From the NCBI GenBank assembly GCA_038523235.1, contig JBCBJQ010000121.1:1-16901 (forward strand): DNA of 16,901 bases. Direction: 5' to 3'. Position numbers and translations under genes: made by a program. The notes beneath the pieces are model-generated. The model made no database searches and had not been told where the DNA came from. It worked only from the letters and a program-made list of their open reading frames with translations. This DNA comes from Cyanobacteria bacterium J06626_4. GTDB taxonomy: Bacteria; Cyanobacteriota; Cyanobacteriia; Phormidesmidales; Phormidesmidaceae. Positions 6,254 through 14,465 of the stretch are shown in pieces (within the stretch, counting starts at the first letter, position 1; each line of letters starts with the position of its first letter).

Positions 6254-8833
6254 TTACGACTGTCGCAAGAGCCAGCGGCGAAACAGCTCGACCAAAATGC
6301 GGGCCTGATTATCCTGAACGCTGACGACATCATGGCGTTGCAACATTTCGAGAGCGGCGTTCAGATTTGCCTGATCTAGCTGAGTCGTGCTTTTCAGGTT
6401 GTTAAGACTGAGACCATCGGGGTGGGTAGCCAGGGCTTGCAGGATGGTTTGCTGCTCGGGGACATCACGACCGGCTTGATCCCAAACGCCCGTGAAGTAG
6501 TAGCGACCGCGCTTAAAGAATTCGGAGTCTTGGGTAACGGTTTCGACATCTTCGACGGTGAAGGTGGACTCGCGCTGGCGACCCTTTTCAAATACCAGAT
6601 TGTTGTAGCGACGCACCAGTTGAAAGCCGACGAGTTGGGTCAGGTAGGGTTGGCCGCTAGTGAGCTGATAGATGACATCAAGGGCCTCAGTTTGATAGTC
6701 GAGCAAAAAGTCAGGATCGGGATTGGCGAGCAGTTGCCGCACCGCTCCGGGCTGTAAGAAGCCGACGCGAATGGGGATGACGCTGGCAAAGAAAGGATGG
6801 AAATAGTCCTGGGTCATCTCTTCGAGGGTGTGAAGTCCAGCAAAGGCAAACCCGAGTTTGGGACTCATCTGCACCAGGCCCCGGAGGTAGGCAATGAAAT
6901 CGGGGGAGAGCTTGCCGGTGTCAATCAGCTCCTCGATTTTCTCGAATTCGTCGATGGCGATGATCAGGGTTTCACCGTCCTCTAGGCGATTTAGGATGCG
7001 CTTGAGGTAGCGATCGAAGGTGCGGCTGGGATGGGTCATCAGCTCATCGTCGCCAGGGGCTGGTACCTTGGTCACGGCGGCAATCTCATCCGTCATGGCG
7101 ATCAGCACATCGCTGAGGGACTCAGCACTGGCAGACCGCAGCATGTTGATATACACCAGTTGCAACCCAGCCCCCACGGTCTGGGCGGCATTGCGCAGGA
7201 TGGAGGTTTTGCCCATGCGGCGATGGCCGTAGATCACCACCGACTGCATTTGTCGCCCCATTAGCCACAGTTCTTCCAACTGCCGTAGAATGTCGTCGCG
7301 TCCGACAAACAGGTTGCCCTCCACCGGATCGCCGACGACGTAGGGATTTTGAACCGGCTGCTCAATCTTCTGCTCGCCGACGGCGGTGGCGACATCGAGT
7401 AGGGCATTGCGCCACTGTTTAGCGATGTCTTCAATCAGCTGTCGCTCGGCTTCGGGAACCTCGTCTACGTAGTCGAGAATGTGCTTGAGTTCGCCTAGGG
7501 CGCGGTTAGAGGCAAAGGCGCGGGATGTGCGCGACACACTATTGGCGACTGACTTAGCATCAGACACGACATTGCAAAATCGCTGCATGGCCTTCCATGT
7601 AATCGGTCGCAGTAAAGGGTTTTGGGGATAGTTAGGCACCTCAATCGTGGCAATGCTGGAAACAGTTTCGGCTGCCTCAAACATGGTGAGACTGATGGCC
7701 AGTGTGTGCATCTCTTGACCGTAAAGGCAGTCACGCACAACTTCAAACGCCTGACTGGCGGCAGCGGGGGACAGATCGTGTAAGAGCCAAAACCCGGCAG
7801 CCGTTGCGTGAGCAGGAGTATCTGTCTGCAAGCTGCTTTTAAAGGGAAAAGGGTAGAAGCGAGCCGAAGCCAGGTTGATTAGAGACCAGTCGAAAGGATT
7901 TTCAGCAAGCTTCGCAACATGATAGATGATTTGATCATCAGACATCGTGATGAGAAAGCTATTAATCACTTGCACCACAGGCGCAAATTGCATGGAATAA
8001 GCAAGAAGTTGGTTGGTATTTTTTACTCCAGTTTCCCAGTCGTTTCTCAACCAGTTTTTTAAATTTGGCCTCACCCAAGGAATGGGTAGTTGAGTTGTGG
8101 CAGCCAAAGAATTGAATGACTGTTTTCTAGGAAATCCTGTCAGCGTAGCCAACAAGAAACTGTCTAGACGGAGAAACGCCACGCCGAACGCTATGCCGAA
8201 TGCCACGCCGAATGCCACGCCGAACACTGCGCCGCCCGCCACGCCGCCCGCCACGCTTAACACCATGTTGAACGCCACGCTTAACGCCACGCTGCCCGCC
8301 ACGCTGAGCGCTACGCCGAGCGCTACGCCGAGCGCTACGCCGCCCGCCATGCTGAACGCCATGTTGAACGCCGTGCCGCCCACCACGCTGAATGCCATGC
8401 TGAATGCCATGCTGAATGCCACACTGAACGCCACACTGAACGCCGTGCCGCTCCCCACGCTGAGCACCACGCCGAATGTCACGCCAACCGCCACGCCGAA
8501 TGCCACGCCGCCCCAATCAATTGCTACCCCGAGCTTCTCAATTCCAAAGCAGATGATTAGAGGTGTGACAACTGTTAAAGTCAGTCCCTGCAAAAGCAAA
8601 TATCTTTGAACTGGATTATCTCGAAGAATCTTTGATCCCCTTGCCGGATTCATTTCGTAAGTTGGAATGTAACCACCGCCAAAAGTGTCGATATACCACC
8701 GCAGCGCCTGGGGAAAATAAAACACCCAGTAGAGCAGGCGCAGGTAGTCGAGGGGGTTCCAGAGGGAGAGGGGACGATTGAGTTTGGGGGCGAGGTCTAA
8801 CTTCGGGACTTCGGGGTGGGGCTGACGGGACAT
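6254..8833 (-). CDS. STAND-like P-loop ATPase with N-terminal hydrophobic GVAF-repeat region, helical middle region and probable C-terminal winged helix
   Basis: NPYVVGDPV..FVGRDDIL pre-P-loop motif, Walker A GHRRMGKTS, Walker B IIAIDEFE, GQPYLTQ (GxP) motif, and a C-terminal helix-turn-helix/beta-hairpin pattern. Contains a 113-aa uncharged repeat tract. Confidence 0.85.
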   Translation of the reverse strand: MSRQPHPEVPKLDLAPKLNRPLSLWNPLDYLRLLYWVFYFPQALRWYIDTFGGGYIPTYEMNPARGSKILRDNPVQRYLLLQGLTLTVVTPLIICFGIEKLGVAIDWGGVAFGVAVGVTFGVVLSVGSGTAFSVAFSVAFSMAFSMAFSVVGGTAFNMAFSMAGGVALGVALGVALSVAGSVALSVAFNMVLSVAGGVAGGAVFGVAFGVAFGIAFGVAFLRLDSFLLATLTGFPRKQSFNSLAATTQLPIPWVRPNLKNWLRNDWETGVKNTNQLLAYSMQFAPVVQVINSFLITMSDDQIIYHVAKLAENPFDWSLINLASARFYPFPFKSSLQTDTPAHATAAGFWLLHDLSPAAASQAFEVVRDCLYGQEMHTLAISLTMFEAAETVSSIATIEVPNYPQNPLLRPITWKAMQRFCNVVSDAKSVANSVSRTSRAFASNRALGELKHILDYVDEVPEAERQLIEDIAKQWRNALLDVATAVGEQKIEQPVQNPYVVGDPVEGNLFVGRDDILRQLEELWLMGRQMQSVVIYGHRRMGKTSILRNAAQTVGAGLQLVYINMLRSASAESLSDVLIAMTDEIAAVTKVPAPGDDELMTHPSRTFDRYLKRILNRLEDGETLIIAIDEFEKIEELIDTGKLSPDFIAYLRGLVQMSPKLGFAFAGLHTLEEMTQDYFHPFFASVIPIRVGFLQPGAVRQLLANPDPDFLLDYQTEALDVIYQLTSGQPYLTQLVGFQLVRRYNNLVFEKGRQRESTFTVEDVETVTQDSEFFKRGRYYFTGVWDQAGRDVPEQQTILQALATHPDGLSLNNLKSTTQLDQANLNAALEMLQRHDVVSVQDNQARILVELFRRWLLRQS
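8174..8509 (-). repeat. 28 x 12-nt coding repeat (consensus GGC GTG GCG TTC = G-V-A-F)
   Basis: Uninterrupted tetrapeptide periodicity [G/S/N]-[V/M/T/A/I]-[A/V/T/G]-[F/L/G/V/S]. Confidence 0.9.
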
Positions 8834-8835
8834 GG

Positions 8836-10143
8836 CTAAGTCTCCCGATAGCGGTTGTAGAGTTGGTGGCAGGCTTGGGTGAGCTTTTGGGGGTTACCTT
8901 GGCAATCGTTCACCAGTTGCTCAATCTCGACCGCCGTGAATTGAATGGGGCCATCAGAGAGGCGATCTGCAATAAAGGCTCGTGCGGTCTCGTCTGACCA
9001 GGGGCAAATAGGTTCCTCTACGGTAATCCCTTCCAGTGGCGACGTCTGACCCTCCAAATAACTTTCTGGAAACAGCTTGTCTAACGAAATACGAGACGCG
9101 ATCACGAGCCGCAGCGGTGCATCACTGCCTTCCGATAGTCCCCGCAGTTCTTGACGAATGTGGTGGGTGAACTTTTTTTGACTAATACGTTCCACTTCAT
9201 CCAACAGCAATAAGACTTGCTTTTCCTGTCGATACATGGCTCGAACGAAGGCGTTGCCGGTCACTGTTGCCATCTCCAAAGCCTGGCAGAGATCGGCGTA
9301 AAACTCTTGTTCGCTAAATACCCGAGCCAGATTCAGTAACACCGGCTGTCGAGGTGATTCTAGCCAGATCTCTGCCATGCGAGAAACGGCCCACAGAAGA
9401 GACGATTTCCCCATGTTGGGTTCACCGATGATGGCTACGCTACTACCGCCATTCAATGATTCAAAAATACGGTTGAGGGTGTCTTCGCAATTAAAAAACT
9501 GAGCCGGGTTATCGATGACCCCGGTAAGAGGCCAAAAGGGGCTTTTGGCGGCTGTCGCAGCTCCCTTTGCATTCGGAATGGTTGAAGTGGAAACTGGTTT
9601 TTCAGGATCTTTTTCCTCAGTTGCCATCTCCGGAGCACTCGGAAATCCAACTTTTTCTGCCACCTCACGGATGATTGTTTTGGCCGTCGTGTTGGCTCTC
9701 GGAAAGGCTGGAGGCGTATCCGGTTTGCCTCTGGGCTTCAGAGCTGCTAGCAGTTGGTCTTTCGCCGTTTCCTCAGATAGGCCCACAAAATCAACGTACA
9801 CAATGGACTGCAACAGTCCAGTAGGATCAAAATCTTCGATGCGTACCGGAATCAGCTTGTACGCTTCTCCCTGCGGATCGCTAGAAAAGGCCGCAGCCCA
9901 TTCGGGATTGGTATAATCGGCTTCGAGATACGCTTGAGACATCACGGCAATCGTTTGCTTGCACTGAGTGCCCTTTTGCATCTCTAAAGCAAAGTTGCTG
10001 CCTGGTCGAAAATCCCAGACATCAATAAAAACGGTATAGCCCTTTTCTTCTAAAAACCAGCCGATCCATTGAGCCCAGGGGCGATCGCTGCCAGTGTAGC
10101 TAATAAAAAAATCTCGTTCTGGAGACGGGGCAAAATCAGTCAT
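8836..10143 (-). CDS. TIR-domain protein fused to a short STAND/AAA-like ATPase
   Basis: TIR_2-type N-terminus DFFISYTGSDRPWAQWI...WDFRPGSNF...SQAYLEADYTNPEWAAAF...LIPVRI, a Pro/Ala/Thr/Lys linker, Walker A GEPNMGKSS, Walker B LLLLDEVE, and GNP motif. The ATG at 10143 is preferred over the non-ATG start at 10161. The stop is 2 nt before the next ATG. Confidence 0.88.
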   Translation of the reverse strand: MTDFAPSPERDFFISYTGSDRPWAQWIGWFLEEKGYTVFIDVWDFRPGSNFALEMQKGTQCKQTIAVMSQAYLEADYTNPEWAAAFSSDPQGEAYKLIPVRIEDFDPTGLLQSIVYVDFVGLSEETAKDQLLAALKPRGKPDTPPAFPRANTTAKTIIREVAEKVGFPSAPEMATEEKDPEKPVSTSTIPNAKGAATAAKSPFWPLTGVIDNPAQFFNCEDTLNRIFESLNGGSSVAIIGEPNMGKSSLLWAVSRMAEIWLESPRQPVLLNLARVFSEQEFYADLCQALEMATVTGNAFVRAMYRQEKQVLLLLDEVERISQKKFTHHIRQELRGLSEGSDAPLRLVIASRISLDKLFPESYLEGQTSPLEGITVEEPICPWSDETARAFIADRLSDGPIQFTAVEIEQLVNDCQGNPQKLTQACHQLYNRYRET

Positions 10144-10445
10144 CAAACCTGAGAAATGCAACCTGATGGCAAAAGCTGCCTTTAAGCTAACCCAGCCTCA
10201 GTCTGAAGCAAATAGCGCGACGCATTTCTTGAGAGAAAAAAGGCTATAAATTGGAAATTTAGTCTGGAAAACCGATATTAATCGATGCTAGAGATAATCA
10301 AAAAAATTGCTGGCGACTTGTTATGGAGTGGCGCACCAGCGTCATGAGCCATTTTTCTGAAATTGCCGGAAGGGCAGACGAGGCAACAGGGTCGAACCGG
10401 GCAGTGGCGAGGGCGGATGGCTGAGCAGTCAGCCTCAGGCCAGTT

Positions 10446-11678
10446 TTACTGCTGGGCGGTGCCACAGTCTCGGCAGTACGACAAAAACTTGTACGTCGGG
10501 CGATGACAGTGGGCGCATTCGACATATTGGTCGTAGCCACAGTGGGGGCAATGGGTGTCGTGGGCGTGAATTTTTTTGGCACAGCGAATGCAGCGACTCT
10601 TTTGCACTCGACCCGCCGCCTGCACCTTGGGATTAAACACAATCTTTTGAAAGAACTTGATCAGCCCAAAGCCCAGCAAAGGGATTAGCAAAATATAGAG
10701 ATAGCTGACTAAAAAGAGCAGGCCACCGAGTAGTGCGCTGATGACATTGGATAAGATTTCAAAGAGAACGCCAACCTGCAGAAATTCAAAGATTTTGATG
10801 ACGAGCGGAATGCAGAAGATGACTACGAGATGCCAGCTAATCAGGGCAATTAGCCCATAGCCGCGTCGTTCGCCATAGCGGTGAACCGCCCCCGCCAGTA
10901 CGAGGAGTGGTACCAAGAAAATGCCTTGCCACAAAATTTCAATACTGGGATGCCAAAAGGAGGCGCGATCGTATTGATTTTCAAGAGTTTGCAGGGCTGC
11001 CGTATCGTTGAGCAAGGTGAGGAAGCGATCGCCTGTTGCCGATTCGACCACTTGATTTTGCAAGACCTGTTGTTCTTCCTTAAAGGTCGCAATGTTGCGA
11101 CTATTGGCTTCCAGTTCTTGCCGTGCTTGAGCCGCTTCAACAGTGTTGATCGATTGATCGCGAGGCTGCCCGGCAATTTCTTCTAACAGCGTCGAGTCAT
11201 ATTCTTCTCGAATGGTTTGATTGGCGGTTTCCAGTTCGCCGATTTGGGTCTGCAGCTGCGCGATCTGCCGCACGCGCTCCTGATTTTCTGGCGTATTCAC
11301 GGCATCATATCGCTGCGCATACTGCAGGCAGGTCTCCGATACACCGCCGAGATGGTCGGCATTCAACCGCTGATAGTCAGCCTGCAAAGAGGGCACTGAA
11401 TTCTGCTGCAAAAAGCTGATGGCATCGCGCAGCACATCGTACTCTTTGGTCTCAGAGTCACTCGTTTGGTAGCTGTTCCAGGTCAGATGACAGCCGTATT
11501 CTTGGTTGGGGCTGATCGGCCACTGGCTAATATCATTGAGGCCAATAAAAACATTCACCAAAATAAAAATATCGATCAGAATAATGACCCCTAAACTGAC
11601 CTTATTAATGGGTTCATTGTTGACCGTGCTGGATTTTTGAAAAAATCGTCTGAGGCGTCGTAGGAGTCGGTTTAGCAT
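10446..11678 (-). CDS. Membrane protein with extracytoplasmic coiled coil and C-terminal double zinc ribbon
   Basis: One N-terminal TM, a Q/E-rich heptad region, about three to four C-terminal TMs, then CIRC..CPHC..CAHC..CRDC. Confidence 0.8.
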   Translation of the reverse strand: MLNRLLRRLRRFFQKSSTVNNEPINKVSLGVIILIDIFILVNVFIGLNDISQWPISPNQEYGCHLTWNSYQTSDSETKEYDVLRDAISFLQQNSVPSLQADYQRLNADHLGGVSETCLQYAQRYDAVNTPENQERVRQIAQLQTQIGELETANQTIREEYDSTLLEEIAGQPRDQSINTVEAAQARQELEANSRNIATFKEEQQVLQNQVVESATGDRFLTLLNDTAALQTLENQYDRASFWHPSIEILWQGIFLVPLLVLAGAVHRYGERRGYGLIALISWHLVVIFCIPLVIKIFEFLQVGVLFEILSNVISALLGGLLFLVSYLYILLIPLLGFGLIKFFQKIVFNPKVQAAGRVQKSRCIRCAKKIHAHDTHCPHCGYDQYVECAHCHRPTYKFLSYCRDCGTAQQ

Positions 11679-11894
11679 GGTGAATAGGCTCGATAAAGGC
11701 CAGCGATCGGCATCCCCATGACGCCTCTAGCTATTGCCAGGCTAGACACAATTCATCAGATTCACCGATGGCGTAGGACACTCGCTGAGCTGGCAATTCT
11801 GTAGTTCTACTGAGCATTCTGGCGTACTTGTTTCGGTGAGTGATTTTTTGTCCTCAATGAATACTGATGGCCATTGCCAGACAATGACTGGGCA

Positions 11895-12548
11895 TCAGTT
11901 CTGAGGCAGAACCGTAACGGCAAGCAGAGCCGCTTGGGTGCGATCGCGCAAATTCAACCGGCTCAAAATATTGGTCACGTGGTTCTTGACAGTGCCCTCT
12001 GACAAAAAGAGCGCCTGGGCAATTTCACGATTGCTTGCCCCCTGACCGATCAACGCCAGCACTTCTAACTCGCGCGGGGTCAAATCATCAAATCCTAGGG
12101 GAACCGCTGGCTTGGAGGGGACGGTCTGGGGTCGCATCTTTTGAAAAATGCCGGGGCCAAATTGGGCATAGCCGCGATGCACGGCCCGAATCGCCTGAGC
12201 CACCTCTTCTGAGGGGGTGTCTTTGAGCAAATAGCCCACGGCTCCGGCCTGCACCGCCTGCTGCACCAGCTCATCGTCGTCAAAGGTGGTTAGCACCAAC
12301 ACTTTAATCGCCGGCAACTGGCGGAGAATCTCTCGGGTGGCGGCCACGCCATCCATTACGGGCATGCGAATATCCATCAGCACCAGATCGACCGCGTTGG
12401 GTGTGGTCAGAGATCGCTGAATCACGCTCAGAGCCTCGCGTCCGTGGCCCGCCTCACCCACAATCTGAATGTCATCCTCCAGATTTAACAGCGCCTGCAG
12501 TCCTTGCCGCAGAATCGCCTGATCATCCACTAGCAACACGCGAATCAT
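11895..12548 (-). CDS. NarL/FixJ-family response regulator (REC + LuxR HTH)
   Basis: MIRVLLVDD, DLVLMDIRMP, LTTF, YLLK, LTPRELEVL...SNREIAQAL..SEGTVKNHV. The ATG at 12548 overlaps the kinase stop (ATGA). Confidence 0.95.
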   Translation of the reverse strand: MIRVLLVDDQAILRQGLQALLNLEDDIQIVGEAGHGREALSVIQRSLTTPNAVDLVLMDIRMPVMDGVAATREILRQLPAIKVLVLTTFDDDELVQQAVQAGAVGYLLKDTPSEEVAQAIRAVHRGYAQFGPGIFQKMRPQTVPSKPAVPLGFDDLTPRELEVLALIGQGASNREIAQALFLSEGTVKNHVTNILSRLNLRDRTQAALLAVTVLPQN

Positions 12549-13786
12549 AGGGCCTCGGGGGCTAAGGGAAACCAAACTTGTAGGGTGCAACCTTGGCCCG
12601 GCGCACTGTCGATCTGGCAGCGACCCCCTTCGGCGGCGGCGCGTTCTTGAATGCCTTTAAGGCCAAAGCCAGTCGTGTTGTCTTGGGGATGAAACCCGAT
12701 GCCGTCGTCTTGCACGGTGATGTGTAGTTTTGAGGCACCGGCAGATGACTGCTGCTGGCTGACGCTAACGCTGACGGCAGTCGCTTCGGCGTGTTTGCAG
12801 ATGTTGGTTAAGGCCTCTTGCACGATGCGGTAGACCGTGAGGTTGATCGAGGGGGGCAACGGGGGCACTGTGATGATCAGGCTGGGCATCACCCCAATCA
12901 GTTGTTGCACTCGCTCCATCAAGGGGGCGATCGCACTGGCCAAATCTTGATCTGGTAACGGCGTTGTCCGCAGGGTGGTGACGGCCTGGCGCGTTTCTCG
13001 CAGTGCTGTTGACCCCATCTCTTTGGCCTGGGCGACAAACTGTTTAGCCTGTTGAGGCTGGGTTTCCCAGAGCTTCAGTGCCCCCTCTAGCTGAATGTTG
13101 AGACCGGTCAGGGCATGTCCTAAGGAATCATGAATCTCGCGGGCGATGCGGGTGCGTTCTTGCGCCATCGCCAGTTTTTCGATTTGGGCGGCAGATTCTC
13201 GCAGTTTTTGGTTGGTGCGGTGCAGTTCATCGCGGCGTTCTCGCTCTGCCAGCAGCGCATTCATCAACAGCAGCAAAAACACTAGCAGCATCAAAAACAT
13301 GACGACTAAGTTGAGCCGCAGACCGATGAGCTGAGGCAACAGCCGTTGCACGACGCGGCGCGGCAGTTCGCTATCGAGCGATCGCAGCCAATCCCGCATG
13401 ACGCTCAAAAACAGCGCCACTGAGACCCCCGTCACGATCAGTCGGCCCCACTGCCCAAACAGAAAGCAGCTGCGCAGCACCAACACGATATACAGCAGGG
13501 GAAACAGCCGAAAATCCAAAACCCCTGATCGCGTGGCGATCAAAATTAGGCTGAGTTGCCAGCCCACGTGAGCTAGTTTGAGCCCGAGCGGTCGGGTCGG
13601 CAACCACAGGCCCAATGCGCCGAAAGCCAGAATCGCGACCAGGGCAGTTGCAGGCAGATTGGCGGCTCGGGGCAACAGGCGCGGCGTCAATTCACTAAAA
13701 AGCGCCATGCCCAACAGTGCCCACTCGCCATATAGCAAAAAAGGGAAGGGGTGATTGTCAGGGCGAATCGCGCGGACATCAGGCAT
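12545..13786 (-). CDS. Membrane sensor histidine kinase, HisKA_3 (DesK/NarX/LiaS-like)
   Basis: About five N-terminal TMs, ERTRIAREIHDSLGH H-box, RIVQEALTNICKHA N-box, DDGIGF, GFGLKGIQER and GQGC G-boxes. Confidence 0.95.
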   Translation of the reverse strand: MPDVRAIRPDNHPFPFLLYGEWALLGMALFSELTPRLLPRAANLPATALVAILAFGALGLWLPTRPLGLKLAHVGWQLSLILIATRSGVLDFRLFPLLYIVLVLRSCFLFGQWGRLIVTGVSVALFLSVMRDWLRSLDSELPRRVVQRLLPQLIGLRLNLVVMFLMLLVFLLLLMNALLAERERRDELHRTNQKLRESAAQIEKLAMAQERTRIAREIHDSLGHALTGLNIQLEGALKLWETQPQQAKQFVAQAKEMGSTALRETRQAVTTLRTTPLPDQDLASAIAPLMERVQQLIGVMPSLIITVPPLPPSINLTVYRIVQEALTNICKHAEATAVSVSVSQQQSSAGASKLHITVQDDGIGFHPQDNTTGFGLKGIQERAAAEGGRCQIDSAPGQGCTLQVWFPLAPEAL

Positions 13787-13840
13787 AGACCAAATCCGTC
13801 ACTGCTTACTTTTATGAAACCCTACTGGGGCAACCGCCGA

Positions 13841-13880
13841 CCGTGACTAAAGTCATGGGTGCGATCGTGACCGATTGCCC
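13841..13880. promoter_or_regulatory. Putative NarL-family response-regulator binding site
   Basis: Dyad ccgtgact-aa-agtcatgg (13841-13858, one mismatch), then a second half-site cgtgacc near 13866-13872. It lies upstream of a -10-like TACAGT (13904-13909) for the Spy-like gene. Confidence 0.6.
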
Positions 13881-13949
13881 CCTTTTTGCTGAGACGCGTT
13901 GCCTACAGTGGAATCGTTGAAGTTCACTGCTCGATTGGAGACAAATTCT

Positions 13950-14369
13950 ATGAACCGCTTTTTGCCAACTGGACTCGTGGCCCTAGCCGCTGCCGCTGCG
14001 ATCGCCGTTGTGCCCATGATGACCAGTGGCGCGAACGCCCAAGCCCGGCCCGAAATTTTTGCTGAGCTTGACCTCACCGCCGACCAACAAGCACAAATCC
14101 AAGCCATTCTGGCCGATCGCCGCGAGGAGGTGGAAAGCATTTTCACCGATGAGCAGCAATCGCAGTTTCGCGAGGCTTACGAAGAATCGCAAAACTTTCG
14201 AGAGGCGGCGGCGGCTGTTGATGACCTGACCGATGACCAAAAAGCTGAGTATCGCGCCGTGGCTCAGGCCTCGCGAGAAGAGATCAGTGCAGTCCTGACT
14301 GAGGAGCAACTCGAAGAATTTCGCTCATTGGTACAAGAACGCCGCGATAATCGCCGCAATAATCGCTGA
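13950..14369 (+). CDS. Spy/CpxP-family (LTXXQ motif) periplasmic chaperone-like protein
   Basis: ATG 13950 with GGAG RBS; signal peptide ending ANA; LDLTADQQAQI, FTDEQQ, LTDDQK and LTEEQ repeats; divergent from a two-component pair. Confidence 0.85.
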   Translation: MNRFLPTGLVALAAAAAIAVVPMMTSGANAQARPEIFAELDLTADQQAQIQAILADRREEVESIFTDEQQSQFREAYEESQNFREAAAAVDDLTDDQKAEYRAVAQASREEISAVLTEEQLEEFRSLVQERRDNRRNNR

Positions 14370-14400
14370 CCCTCTGCGCTAATCCAATCAGGGGCTCAAG

Positions 14401-14425
14401 TGGGCGCATCGCCTGGATGCGCCCA
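14401..14425. other. Intergenic perfect hairpin (possible mRNA stabiliser or attenuator)
   Basis: tgggcgcatc-gcctg-gatgcgccca forms a 10-bp perfect stem with no T tract, between the spy-like and coq4-like genes. Confidence 0.55.
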
Positions 14426-14465
14426 AGCTCACCGTAAGTAGACAACCGGCAATAGGAGGTTAGTC

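Noticed and set aside
8097..8609. Plus-strand ORF with ATPN/ATLN repeats resembling an antifreeze or mucin-like protein, and the Arg/Gly-rich ORF 8127-8516
   Set aside because: Both are shadow frames of the 12-nt repeat inside the 859-aa ATPase gene.
12549..12590. N-terminal extension of the response regulator given in the ORF track (likewise 13899-13949 and 10144-10161 for their genes)
   Set aside because: Downstream ATGs coincide with domain starts, an RBS or an ATGA overlap, so the shorter starts were used.
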